DNA of 40,486 bases from a virus (IMGVR_UViG_2563366903_000009:1-40486); one strand, 5' to 3'; positions 28,901-36,684 are shown, counted from the stretch's first letter. Translations and numbers: made by a program. The notes: generated by a model from the sequence alone, not told the origin.

Positions 28901-31299
28901 TCCCCCTGGCGACCAGCGGCATTTTCCGGTGCCTGCGCACGTCCTTTCTGGAAACTCTGGCCCTTCACCTCACCGGTTGTGGTAAAACGACCACCACGTC
29001 CGGCCTGATTTTCATCCGGCGTACGCGCCACTTCTCCTGGTAACGGATATCCCTGTCCGGGATGAATATCGCCGGGAGCGGGAAGGCGTGGACGCTCAGT
29101 TAACTCCTGTGCTGTCGGACCGGCATCACCTTCAGCCATCTGTGAACGTACAAGCTCCTCTGCCGTCGGCGCGTTGCCACGGGCAAGGCGGGCCTGCACT
29201 TCTGTATCATCCCCCGTGAAACCACGGAATCGCGGGTCACGCATGAACGCGGGCTGCTCCATCGGTTCAGCATCAGCAATACGCTCTCCGTCAGCCAGGG
29301 TGTTAATGGTCTCCGTTGCCACATCTTCAGAGAACGCAGGATTATCCATTTCAACGGCATACTGATTCTCGCCTTTCTTCACTACGGACGGTTTCAGGCC
29401 GGTGGCGCTGGCATTGCGGAAAACATCGCTCCCCAGAGCACTTTTTTCATCCGTGAAATAACGGTTGTCCGGACGCACCTTTTCAATGCGTTCTGCTGGT
29501 CTGGACGCACCACTCCCGTTAATTTCAATACGAACTTCATCCGGATCGCGGAACCGCACCGTCGGGTAAATACTCCCGTCGCCATCATCCGCATTTTCCG
29601 GCTGTGGCTGTGCCTCCGGTCTGGCCTCCTGCTGAGGGCGAAGCACATCACGGATAGCCCGTAACTGCTGCTCTTCAGTATCAGTACGCCCTTCCTTCAG
29701 GCTGAGTTTTCGGTATTCCTCAAGCAGTTCAGGGCGCGGCTTCGCCTTCAGCTCATCCATCACCGCCTGTCGCTTCGCCTGTTCATCCAGTTCATTTAAC
29801 AGCTGGCTGGCGGCTTCCCGGCGATGAACGGCAGACGTGTCTCCCTCAGGTGCCATATCCGCATCAGCATACTGTTCCAGAAGTTGCTCGCGATTCATGC
29901 CCTGCATGGATTCGCGATGCTGTGCCACCGGATCAGCCGGTTCGGGTTGCGGGGCTGCTTCACCCTGCTGTACGACTTCAGCCTCACGCATGGCGGTTTC
30001 TTCTGCGGCCTGACGTTTTCCACGATATCCGGCAACCGCACCGAACGGTGCGCCCATCGCTGCACCAAGAGCGGCTCCTTCGATCGTTGCGTCAGCTACC
30101 CCCTCCCATGGTGATACATCCATTCCGGCAGTCTCACGCAACGTCATATTTTCCTGGTAACGCGAATAGCCGCCCTGCGCCGCATTAATCGTCCCCTGTT
30201 CCGTGGCATTTCTGACAATGCCGCTTTTAACGGTCTTCGCCGTGCCCCGCATCGCCAGATTAAACAACTGAGCATCGCCCAGTTTTGCCGCCATGGCATT
30301 CACAGCCAGCAATTCAGGATCGGTTGCCAGCTGCGCGCGCACCTCATCGGCAACACGCTCTTTTGCCAGATCCATTTTCTGGCGATCAGTAAGCTGTGCG
30401 TGCTGCGGATCTGCATCAATTGACAAAAACGTCTGCTGAAATTTCGGGGACTTCGCCAGCTCAGAGTAATCCGCGTTAAGAACAGAGTCTGCTGCTGCCA
30501 TTGCACTCTGCCCCTGTGCGCTGGCTGAGGAATGGGTGATCAGGCCTGCCTGGAATAAATCCGGCATTTTTTTATCGACAGCTTCTGCTGCCAGTGCGGT
30601 AGCTCTTTCCGGCTGCATCCCTGCCGCAATGTATTTTTTCTCCAGCCCGGCGGTCAGCACTTTTCGCAGAGTGACTTCACCCAGCTTTTTAGTCACACCG
30701 CCTGCAACCAGATCAGGTACAAGCGCACCAATCAGGTTTACACCCTTCGTCAGCAAGACCGCAGAATCATCATAGCCTTCACTCATTGGCGTGTTCAGCG
30801 CACGAACAGCACCCGGCGACATCTGATCTGTCAGCCATTCATCCGAGGCTTTGGCACCATCACTGACTGCCTTGCCTGTGGCCTTCAGACCTTTACCGAC
30901 AGTATCAGTCACCGCGTTTTTCCCTGTTCCATCGGGAATGTTTTTAATCGCATCTCCAACAGAAGGTGGTGCGCCCAGTTCCTTTTGCGTGGAGGAAGGC
31001 GGCATGTAAACATCCGTCATGAAAGACGACAACCCGGCAAGCGTTTTTACAGGATTATTTACAAGTGCATCACCGAGTCCACGGGCCATTTCCCCTGTTC
31101 CCCGGACGGACTGGGCGAAACCTTTACCCATTGTTGGCAATACATCGCCCAGGCTGAACGACGTGCTGTGATCAACAGCGTTCTCCGGGTTGTTGAAAAA
31201 ATCCTGCCAGTAATTTTCTCCCGGCTGCTTAATGTTCAGACTGCTGCGGTTCTGGTTACCCAATTGCGCTTCAGGGCGCTGCTCATCTGAAAAAGCCAT
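22924..31299 (-). CDS. Giant 2,791-aa protein with two HExxH zincin-like motifs; candidate virion-packaged polyvalent protein
   Basis: Single uninterrupted ORF with RBS GGAG before the ATG; HEWFH at aa 1279-1283 (27451-27465) and HEIIH at aa 1546-1550 (26650-26664); acidic/Pro-rich low-complexity region at about aa 430-850; last gene of the minus-strand block. All plus-strand ORFs inside it are antisense artefacts. Confidence 0.8.
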   Translation of the reverse strand: MAFSDEQRPEAQLGNQNRSSLNIKQPGENYWQDFFNNPENAVDHSTSFSLGDVLPTMGKGFAQSVRGTGEMARGLGDALVNNPVKTLAGLSSFMTDVYMPPSSTQKELGAPPSVGDAIKNIPDGTGKNAVTDTVGKGLKATGKAVSDGAKASDEWLTDQMSPGAVRALNTPMSEGYDDSAVLLTKGVNLIGALVPDLVAGGVTKKLGEVTLRKVLTAGLEKKYIAAGMQPERATALAAEAVDKKMPDLFQAGLITHSSASAQGQSAMAAADSVLNADYSELAKSPKFQQTFLSIDADPQHAQLTDRQKMDLAKERVADEVRAQLATDPELLAVNAMAAKLGDAQLFNLAMRGTAKTVKSGIVRNATEQGTINAAQGGYSRYQENMTLRETAGMDVSPWEGVADATIEGAALGAAMGAPFGAVAGYRGKRQAAEETAMREAEVVQQGEAAPQPEPADPVAQHRESMQGMNREQLLEQYADADMAPEGDTSAVHRREAASQLLNELDEQAKRQAVMDELKAKPRPELLEEYRKLSLKEGRTDTEEQQLRAIRDVLRPQQEARPEAQPQPENADDGDGSIYPTVRFRDPDEVRIEINGSGASRPAERIEKVRPDNRYFTDEKSALGSDVFRNASATGLKPSVVKKGENQYAVEMDNPAFSEDVATETINTLADGERIADAEPMEQPAFMRDPRFRGFTGDDTEVQARLARGNAPTAEELVRSQMAEGDAGPTAQELTERPRLPAPGDIHPGQGYPLPGEVARTPDENQAGRGGRFTTTGEVKGQSFQKGRAQAPENAAGRQGEILESEPVRRGLPSPDEQNATAPVREGLPAPEQRGVDMPHPESLPRMVRDSLPELAQQAEARRQTGDNRQTITDVPDTEVPVPVPVDKPSTHQQARGAKIEDFGEEIKGAAKHRYAQLAETLGKTLEDRDYVTQPLSKLFPKPDYAKLANEGADADTLAMIALYRSDIPAKTKLNAVKWVESVKSIRTSVAGMLEGKVTAGRLAEWMEGRMPARYADTWQLLRTLPPSQIDKASAYRVVSGVYQAAGGKRYDPPRKLYSLRNKDNKGSNLFFSESRDELLTKAKSWFAEQEEKSQAKGDEKTAPSPDDKISFDVYRNTRSGDIFIAYGKNKMRVRGGFKSASDARKYIDSHRDELVRHVKEMREISREEQRNATNRDRTGPERRKGDVSPKQFSDAFGFRGVQFGNYVEGPRRQADLNRAYDSLHDLAEVLNVPTKALSLNGRLGLAFGARGKGKAAAHYEPGEVAINLTKGNGPGALAHEWFHSLDNYFGRYDVSTDGKITSGGDFMTEARRVKRVFKDGRFVDAEYPVRQEVYDAFKGVIEAIKNSDMPRRSALLDEVRSKPYWSTDVEMAARAFERYVQDKARTAGVENDYLVNIRKAPEHNTDNTYAYPTNAELDGGIREAFDHLFRTLKTRETDKGVAFYSRKGVTRTPEGNLISDVNRSAEAKGSPVPQVEAVARGVISGIKDSDLKVRVVKSQKEAEALAGESFDGYGKVHAFYRPDKREIVLVADNIPDGRTVREKLRHEIIHHAMEHVVTPAEYQTIIKTVLKTRDSDNATIREAWRKVDASYGKESPEVQAGEFLAHMAEKQPNKFVAAWERVVALVKGVLRRTGLLKPTELNDIRLVRETIRTLGQRVREGYTPREDGAGASSQYSRSGKPDPFKADAYDAKQFASEVRRIAGLQSVSRREMLRVGDTPRVLRALGAPDLELVMPASVVHKATRPEIREHFVSVETLADLPQLLTDPVAVMRSKTESDALVSLIQATDTKGNPVIVAIHTHVKGDGFAEINKIASAYGKDKRSALQDQLDTSLLYLNKEKAAEWLHAVGLQLPEANTINGSSGFKILHPEDIRKGPYYSRTSSLTPEETIASRFVRQMQDKFQVLKAVQENIRKTGGKVDDSNNAYMAEELFHGKAENDLNVMKERYVQPLAKLLADYKIAQADLDEYLYARHAPERNAHIAKINPKMPDGGSGMTNAEAAEIMQRVRNSGKQAQYDRLAGIIDDMLARRREIIREAGLEESGVVDAWQKAYRYYVPLKGQDVDGVVSQPRTGKGFTIGGRESKQAMGRASRAQSPSTQAIQDLSESLIRNRKNEVGNAFLKLVQDNPDKDYWQVFTDDRPDTMRVIAERKDQETGETIREVVERPVPMAMMADRYFTTKKDGKTYYIKLHDPRLMRAMKNMGPETSNAVIRTLGKVNRFLATVNTSYNPEFLVSNFIRDVQTAVMNLKAEQGRSDGKLKGLDNLSALAVVKDSRSAMSAVYASLRGKTLTGKGAQWQKVWKEFVEDGGKTGWFNMGDLEGQQKEMDRLVSLAKGGWKGQSIGAWNSFLNLVEDANGAVENALRLSAYKHARDAGLSRQQAASLAKNMTVNFNRRGEQGALMNSLYMFANASIQGTANLVRTLGHLNGDGPLPERLRWKNLNVPQKIALAAVGAGYLLGSLNRSVAGEDDDGVNWYDKVPSHVKERNLVIMKSVFGGKAGEYWSIPLPYGYNVFFLLGHTAEGVAAGDLTASRAAGNVVGGILGAFSPVGSETSETLSGALLKNAAPTILRPFANLAMNENFMGAQIYQENMPFGTPKPDSQLGRRSTPEAYKAFASWLNAFSGGSQYRPGAVDITPESLKFWIDYISGGTGRFISKTTDAAVKSLNGIDIPEQQVPFLGKISGEVMPYADQQKMYDRMTEVAQYHAELKSLTGAERTAFIDENNGKLSMNGLMQDTRKRLKDLRKQRDAIYADSTLSLAQQSAMVKSVERDMKIAVDRFNREYNKKVGVD

Positions 31300-31311
31300 A
31301 CAGACTCCAGT

Positions 31312-31338
31312 AAAAAAAGCCCGACACGATGGTCGGGC
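31312..31338 (-). terminator. Intrinsic terminator between the 420-aa gene and the giant gene
   Basis: Minus-strand GCCCGAC catcgt GTCGGGC followed by TTTTTTT (plus-strand A-run 31312-31318), only about 15 nt before the giant ORF RBS. Confidence 0.7.
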
Positions 31339-31383
31339 GTAAGTGAACGAGATTAACGGTGAGTGCGTTACTGCCGCGTATTT

Positions 31384-32646
31384 TTACTTCATCCAGCCTT
31401 TGATCTTCTCGGCAGATGCGGAAGCGCTATAATCCAGCGCCTTTTCATGCTCTGCCTTTTTATCCCTGAGGTGATTCTGGTAATAAATTTCCACCTCCTT
31501 TTCACGACCAGGTTCCAGCAAAGCAGGCATATTGGCGGCAGTCGCTTTTACAAACTCCTGTTTAACCGGATCGCCCGCCGCCCACGTCTGCCACTTCTGT
31601 AAAAGCTGTTGGGTTTTCTGTTGCTGAATTTTCTGTTGATGCGGTTGTGAACCAGTCGCAGCATAATATTCATCCACCGCAGCCTGTGCATTACCGCCAT
31701 TCTTGATCGCGTCCGCCGCTACGTTGCTGGCCCCCTTCTGAAGCTCTTTCAGAGAAAGTCCCTGCTGCTTCGGCATAAAATAACCATAATTTTTCGATAT
31801 CTCTGCAAATTTGCTGCGATCCCTGACCTGAGCGATAGCCTTATCAACGGGTATCGCCAGCACGGTTTGATCATCAGGGTGCGCACTGCCGTATTCTGTT
31901 ACAGGTTTATGCGCGGTGGAGCCATCGCTGTATGTGAGATCAAGGCCAATAAGTACGTACCCTTCCTGCTGCGCCGGTACGATACTGCCAATCCTGGCCT
32001 CTTTTATCGTTTTTTCCCCGGTTGAATCAGGCATGCCAATACGCTGTTGTAGTTCCGGGGCAAACACGCCGGAAAGCACATCGAGATTTTCCGGGGTATT
32101 CAGCGAAGCAATCGCCCTGTCCGGCTTATCATCAAAGATTTTCTGCAGGTTGTTCACGGCCTGACCCGCTTTCGCAGCATAGCCTACCGTTGACATCATC
32201 TTAAGCGGATTGGCGTCCGATAATTTACCGAACAGATGAGAAGCCGCATCATGGTCACCCGCATCAATCGCTTTTCCCAGCGCCGCCATCACAGGCTGAT
32301 CGCGCGCCAGCATATCGTTATACTCAAGCCGTCGCTGGTTGTATTTCTGCAACTGGAGTCGTTGCTGTTCCATCCCCAGCGACGCATTCCGGTAATTCTG
32401 GTTGGCGTTAAACTCCCTTTCCTGCAGTGTGTAATTGCGGTCATCAACTTTGGCTCTGTAATCAAAGTTCCGCTGATCAACGTCTTTATTATGTTCAAAC
32501 TGAGACTGCGCAAATTCAAAATCGCGCTCGTTATTTTTCTGTTGCTGAGCAAGCTGTGCTTCTCGCAAACCAAGCTCCTTACGACGGGTCATTGCCTGGT
32601 CAACAGTGCTGAATCCGGCAAGTAACCCCTGTGCAAATCCGCTCAT
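31384..32646 (-). CDS. Hypothetical 420-aa protein, Gln/Asn-rich with coiled-coil-like segments (possible virion internal protein)
   Basis: Complete ORF in the same operon orientation; no motif recognised. Confidence 0.55.
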   Translation of the reverse strand: MSGFAQGLLAGFSTVDQAMTRRKELGLREAQLAQQQKNNERDFEFAQSQFEHNKDVDQRNFDYRAKVDDRNYTLQEREFNANQNYRNASLGMEQQRLQLQKYNQRRLEYNDMLARDQPVMAALGKAIDAGDHDAASHLFGKLSDANPLKMMSTVGYAAKAGQAVNNLQKIFDDKPDRAIASLNTPENLDVLSGVFAPELQQRIGMPDSTGEKTIKEARIGSIVPAQQEGYVLIGLDLTYSDGSTAHKPVTEYGSAHPDDQTVLAIPVDKAIAQVRDRSKFAEISKNYGYFMPKQQGLSLKELQKGASNVAADAIKNGGNAQAAVDEYYAATGSQPHQQKIQQQKTQQLLQKWQTWAAGDPVKQEFVKATAANMPALLEPGREKEVEIYYQNHLRDKKAEHEKALDYSASASAEKIKGWMK

Positions 32647-32656
32647 TCACCACTCC

Positions 32657-32908
32657 TTAAAACAAAGAACCAGCAATGCCGCCAATTACTGCACCAGCAA
32701 CAGCGCCAACAGGACCACCAACGGATGCGCCAATAGCCGCCCCCGTACCAATGCCCGTACCGATATTCTGCTTGTTCTGCGCTTTCTGCTGCGCCGCCAT
32801 CTGTTTGTTCGCAGCCTCAATTTCTTCACGTCGTCGGTCTGCGTCACTTATTCCCTGTAATGCCTCACGCCGTGACTGATTCGCAATATCCAGTAAACCG
32901 TATCCCAT
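32657..32908 (-). CDS. Small glycine-zipper membrane protein (83 aa)
   Basis: C-terminal GTGIGTGAAIGASVGGPVGAVAGAVIGGIAGSLF; polar N-terminal half. Confidence 0.55.
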   Translation of the reverse strand: MGYGLLDIANQSRREALQGISDADRRREEIEAANKQMAAQQKAQNKQNIGTGIGTGAAIGASVGGPVGAVAGAVIGGIAGSLF

Positions 32909-32917
32909 ATTTCCTCC

Positions 32918-33370
32918 TTACGCTGACACCAGTTGTCCGCCAACACTCAGTTGCTGTCTTGCAGGTGCAGAAGCCCCCGTCAGTATGTTCATCTGACGAT
33001 CCTGCTCTGCTTCACGGATACCATTTTTCGCGCCAGCAATTGCCAGGGCATTACGTAACCCCAGCGTATTACTGTTGGGATTATCAGGTCGGTTAACGCC
33101 ATATCGTGCCATCTGGTTATCCTGCGCCATCTGCGCTGTACGGAGACTGGAAGTGGCAAGGCCGCCCACCCGGGCAAGCTGTGCATTCATCAGGCTGTTG
33201 TTCTCGCCAAGGTCAGCCAGCCTTGCTACACGGGGTAAATATCTGGTGCGCCAGTCGTCGTATTGCTGGCGGGTCAGCGCTGCGGATGTCTGCCAGTCCC
33301 CCTGAGGGCGGGCTGCTCCGGTATAACCGTATCTCGCAAGTGTTTCGTATTTACCGTACTCCATAATCAC
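32918..33370 (-). CDS. Hypothetical 150-aa protein
   Basis: ATGA-coupled to the upstream 218-aa ORF (33367-33370). Confidence 0.5.
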   Translation of the reverse strand: MIMEYGKYETLARYGYTGAARPQGDWQTSAALTRQQYDDWRTRYLPRVARLADLGENNSLMNAQLARVGGLATSSLRTAQMAQDNQMARYGVNRPDNPNSNTLGLRNALAIAGAKNGIREAEQDRQMNILTGASAPARQQLSVGGQLVSA

Positions 33371-34023
33371 AGTCTCCAGTTCTGAGCCTGATGCTGAATG
33401 GCATTAGCGCCGGTGCCAGGTGTTTTAGCACCGCCACTTCCTCCGCTACCACCAGCCTTATGCATCGCATATGCACCTACCGCACCCAAACCAGCGCCAA
33501 CAAGAGAGGCTCGCCCCTGCTGTTTCGTAAACGCCGCCTGTGCATCCGATTTGGCTTTTGCCAGACTGCTGTCAGCCAGGGAGTTAAAACTCTGTAACGC
33601 ATCTGCCTTCTGACCGGAACCGAGAGCCGCAACATCCTGTAGCCCGGCAATATATTTATCTGCCTGCGATACCTGCCCCCGTGTGGTCGTGTCAATCTGC
33701 CCGATCACCTGGTCGCTTTGATTTGCATCCATTACTGCATTAAAACGACCACTGGATGGGTCAACGCCGGACTGAGCAAGATTACCCGCCAGCTCCCTTC
33801 GCGCTTCACCAAACTGTTTCTGATACCCAAGATTTGTTGTGCCTGCGATATTTTCGTACTGCTGCTCACTGTTAAGGTCATCGACCTTTTTCATGAAGTT
33901 ATCTTCTGCCGGACGGAGAATATTTTTGTAATCCTGCCACCCTTTCCAGGCCACCTCTTCCTGTGCTATTTGCGCTGCTGTTGGTTTTACTTTGGTATCA
34001 CCACCACCTTTACTTCCGCCCAT
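33367..34023 (-). CDS. Hypothetical 218-aa protein with Gly-rich termini
   Basis: MGGSKGGGDTKVK... and ...GGSGGSGGAKTPGTGANA; RBS-like GGAGC upstream. Confidence 0.5.
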   Translation of the reverse strand: MGGSKGGGDTKVKPTAAQIAQEEVAWKGWQDYKNILRPAEDNFMKKVDDLNSEQQYENIAGTTNLGYQKQFGEARRELAGNLAQSGVDPSSGRFNAVMDANQSDQVIGQIDTTTRGQVSQADKYIAGLQDVAALGSGQKADALQSFNSLADSSLAKAKSDAQAAFTKQQGRASLVGAGLGAVGAYAMHKAGGSGGSGGAKTPGTGANAIQHQAQNWRL

Positions 34024-34116
34024 AATGGCTCCTCAGATAACAAAAAACCCTGCCGGAGCAGGGTCAGAATGTGAATTGCAATGTGGGTTTACGCTCGATG
34101 ATGAATACAGTGGCAG

Positions 34117-34494
34117 TCAGACCGCTATCCTGAACACCATGAAGCCATCCTCATCATCCGGCATTCGCTCAAAGCCCAGACGTTTTCCCAGCCGGATAAA
34201 TCCCCGCCTTGCCGTGTGGAATTCAGCCCAGCGTCCGCCAGCCAGACGGGTTAATGTCTTCACCTCCGGCAGATAACGCTCAACACCGGCACACCCCGTA
34301 CACACACCCAGCAACACCAGAACATAAGGGATACCGTCGTCACTGAGCACAGAACGCAGCACCAGAAAACCATCCGGTGCCTCAAAGCAAAACGCCTGCT
34401 TTTTAAGGCAGGCGTCTTTAACTTCATTCATAAATTCAGGGTTGCGGGAATTTCTCACAACACGCTGCATATACCGGAGAATTCTGTCGTCCAT
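34117..34494 (-). CDS. Hypothetical 125-aa protein
   Basis: Start chosen at MDDRIL (GGTGAG RBS) inside track ORF 34117-34518. Confidence 0.45.
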   Translation of the reverse strand: MDDRILRYMQRVVRNSRNPEFMNEVKDACLKKQAFCFEAPDGFLVLRSVLSDDGIPYVLVLLGVCTGCAGVERYLPEVKTLTRLAGGRWAEFHTARRGFIRLGKRLGFERMPDDEDGFMVFRIAV

Positions 34495-34574
34495 TCTCTC
34501 ACCTGAAACGGGTGCCATATCGGCTGAACCTCAGCAACCAGTTGACGGGGACTTTCGTCCCCGTCGCGGTTTTC

Positions 34575-34715
34575 CTACTGCTTACACTGTAAGAACGCCG
34601 CAAACTCCGCTCCCCACAAATTCAGCCGGAACTCACACAACGAGCCGTGTAACATCCAGATGGTGAAGATTACCGTCATACAAATTGTGACGGTGATGAG
34701 CGATTTTTGCGACAT
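34575..34715 (-). CDS. Hok/Gef-family type I toxin-like small membrane peptide (46 aa)
   Basis: Hand translation MSQKSLITVTICMTVIFTIWMLHGSLCEFRLNLWGAEFAAFLQCKQ*; N-terminal TM plus SLCE-x-R...E-x-AAF motif characteristic of Hok/Gef; AGGAGG 8 nt upstream of ATG (34730-34725). Below the 60-aa track cutoff. Stable hairpin GACGGGGAC tttc GTCCCCGTC (34544-34565) just past the stop. Confidence 0.65.
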   Translation of the reverse strand: MSQKSLITVTICMTVIFTIWMLHGSLCEFRLNLWGAEFAAFLQCKQ

Positions 34716-34898
34716 AGCGCTTGCCTCCTGAGTGGAGAGGCGCTAACCTTCTACTTGCTTAAGGTATGATGGTTAGGGCCTCGGGTTAAACAAAATGTTT
34801 GACTCGGGGCCTTTCCACATCAGGCCTTCAGGTTCACCTTCCAGCCATCAGCCGAAAGGCACCCGCGCATAATCTACGATTTTTGCCCTGCACGGGCA

Positions 34899-34925
34899 AC
34901 AAAAAACCCGCCATCACAGCGGGTT
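34899..34925 (-). terminator. Intrinsic terminator after the Lom-family gene
   Basis: Minus-strand AACCCGC tgtgatg GCGGGTT followed by TTTTGTTG, 22 bp after the stop codon. Confidence 0.65.
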
Positions 34926-34947
34926 ATGACATGTTGTCGGATACAGA

Positions 34948-35679
34948 TCAGAATTTCAGGCCAATACCTACAACAACCCCGCTCGTGCGCCAGTCACCAG
35001 ATCCGGAGCTTTCATAAGTGACGTCCATAGCAACACTTTCATTCAGGTTAAATTGTGCACCAGCAGCCCATGCAAGTGCTGTTTTTTTCGTACTGTTGCT
35101 TTCAGAAAATCCACCGGTACTGTTAATGTTGTCCTTAATTTTCAGGTCAGCGGTAACTTTAGCTACGCCCATACCAGCCATTGCATACACACTGAGGTAT
35201 TCGTTAAACCGCCACGAAGGACCCGCTAACAGGCTCCAGTAATTCGCTCTGATATCTGTTCTTCCTGAAGCTGCCGGATTTTTAACCTCTCTGGATTCAT
35301 CTCCTGGGTTAACATCAATAAATGCCTGCGCATTAGTCATAGAACGCGCCCATGTAAAAGATGTTATAACACCAATCTCATCCGTTATCTCATAACGATA
35401 CCTGATGCTCATCCCCTGAGGAGATTTGCCTTTGCCATCATGCCCCCGGACAGAAGCATCTGCATATTCGCCTGAATTGAAGTAGTGTCTGTTTGTAAAA
35501 CGGTTAAAAGTATCAAGATTATAAAGACTTAAATCCTTAACAAAATTGTTCAGTCCAGAGAGCTGAAGATGAGCGTATTCGAAAGAAACTGTACTGTCAC
35601 CTTGTGCTGCACAGGCAGGGGCTGCTACAAAACTCATCACAAAAGTTGTGCACGCAAAAATAATTCTGGTATGTTTCAT
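34948..35679 (-). CDS. lom: Ail/Lom/OmpX-family outer-membrane beta-barrel protein (moron)
   Basis: Signal peptide MKHTRIIFACTTFVMSFVAAPACA, alternating beta-strand pattern, C-terminal ...VGIGLKF; AT-rich upstream region and own terminator. Confidence 0.8.
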   Translation of the reverse strand: MKHTRIIFACTTFVMSFVAAPACAAQGDSTVSFEYAHLQLSGLNNFVKDLSLYNLDTFNRFTNRHYFNSGEYADASVRGHDGKGKSPQGMSIRYRYEITDEIGVITSFTWARSMTNAQAFIDVNPGDESREVKNPAASGRTDIRANYWSLLAGPSWRFNEYLSVYAMAGMGVAKVTADLKIKDNINSTGGFSESNSTKKTALAWAAGAQFNLNESVAMDVTYESSGSGDWRTSGVVVGIGLKF

Positions 35680-35765
35680 TTTTAGACTTTTCCTATAATA
35701 AAATAACCCCGTATTATCTAAGATGAATTTAGTTTTATTACTTAATATTCATACTGACAGGCATA

Positions 35766-36392
35766 TCAGTTATACATTGATGAATTAATGACCAACACTT
35801 TATCTATATACGGCTTCCGAATATCCCATGTTGCACGACCGGAATAATGCTCACAGGAATATATTTTATTTCCTGTAGCACCAGTGGATGTGGTGTAAAT
35901 CGGTCGGTCATAAGGTGTTCGTTTCCAGTTATAATATCCAACCAGTGCAGGCATAATTGCGCATGGATATCCAAGGTCCTTCTCAAACTTGATATCAACT
36001 GGTATTAACTTCGCGTCAAGCAGCATCATTTCGCCATGGTAAATCATCTCACCCGACGGGTTATACATGGCGATACCATACTCAGAAGGTTGAGTAACCA
36101 TATTCGCAAAAGCATAAACAGTCGTAACACCGGGATTCGTTCCCCTGACAATTTGATGAAGCCTTAAGGCATGATATCCATCAATTTGTTCATGCGTGTA
36201 CATAACATCGGCCTTTTTCTCTGTTCTGATAAAGAAAAAACAACTTTTTCCTGACGGGATTGACGTTTTAAAAAAAGCCTTCTCAGTCGCCGGAATAGTT
36301 CCCTTATTGATCAGACACTGAGGCGTAAACCCCGGGCTTATCCACAAGCTGCCATCTGGTTTCGTAATGCTTAAACCATACATACAACTCAC
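35766..36392 (-). CDS. Hypothetical 208-aa protein between the tail protein and the Lom-family gene
   Basis: ATGA-coupled to the upstream 93-aa ORF; N-terminus YGLSITKPDGSLWISPGF loosely resembles the partner's YGFAIYNRNNVNVTGVL. Confidence 0.5.
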   Translation of the reverse strand: MSCMYGLSITKPDGSLWISPGFTPQCLINKGTIPATEKAFFKTSIPSGKSCFFFIRTEKKADVMYTHEQIDGYHALRLHQIVRGTNPGVTTVYAFANMVTQPSEYGIAMYNPSGEMIYHGEMMLLDAKLIPVDIKFEKDLGYPCAIMPALVGYYNWKRTPYDRPIYTTSTGATGNKIYSCEHYSGRATWDIRKPYIDKVLVINSSMYN

Positions 36393-36670
36393 CCCCAGAA
36401 TGTATAAATATATGACCCCATCCCCTGCTCAAGATTCGACCATGTCACCGTATTGCCATTAATGGTTATCTTCGGTACTTTCCGGTCCTTAAATACATTA
36501 TTCCACGGAAATAATGAACAGACTGCCTGTAATGTTTTCCCTTCTGGTTTATTCGTATACGTTTTTGATCCCGACTCCGCCGTAAACCTGTCCAGGAAAA
36601 ATATGGGAGTAAGCACGCCCGTAACATTAACATTGTTTCTGTTGTATATTGCAAAACCATATTCTGCCAA
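36389..36670 (-). CDS. Hypothetical 93-aa protein
   Basis: Follows the J-like gene after 14 bp; coupled to the downstream 208-aa ORF. Confidence 0.45.
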   Translation of the reverse strand: MAEYGFAIYNRNNVNVTGVLTPIFFLDRFTAESGSKTYTNKPEGKTLQAVCSLFPWNNVFKDRKVPKITINGNTVTWSNLEQGMGSYIYTFWG

Positions 36671-36684
36671 TGTCAGCCTCCGGC

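Noticed and set aside
23017-30775. Numerous plus-strand ORFs of 60-180 aa inside the giant gene
   Set aside because: All are antisense to one uninterrupted 8.4-kb ORF and have Arg/Cys/His-rich low-complexity translations.
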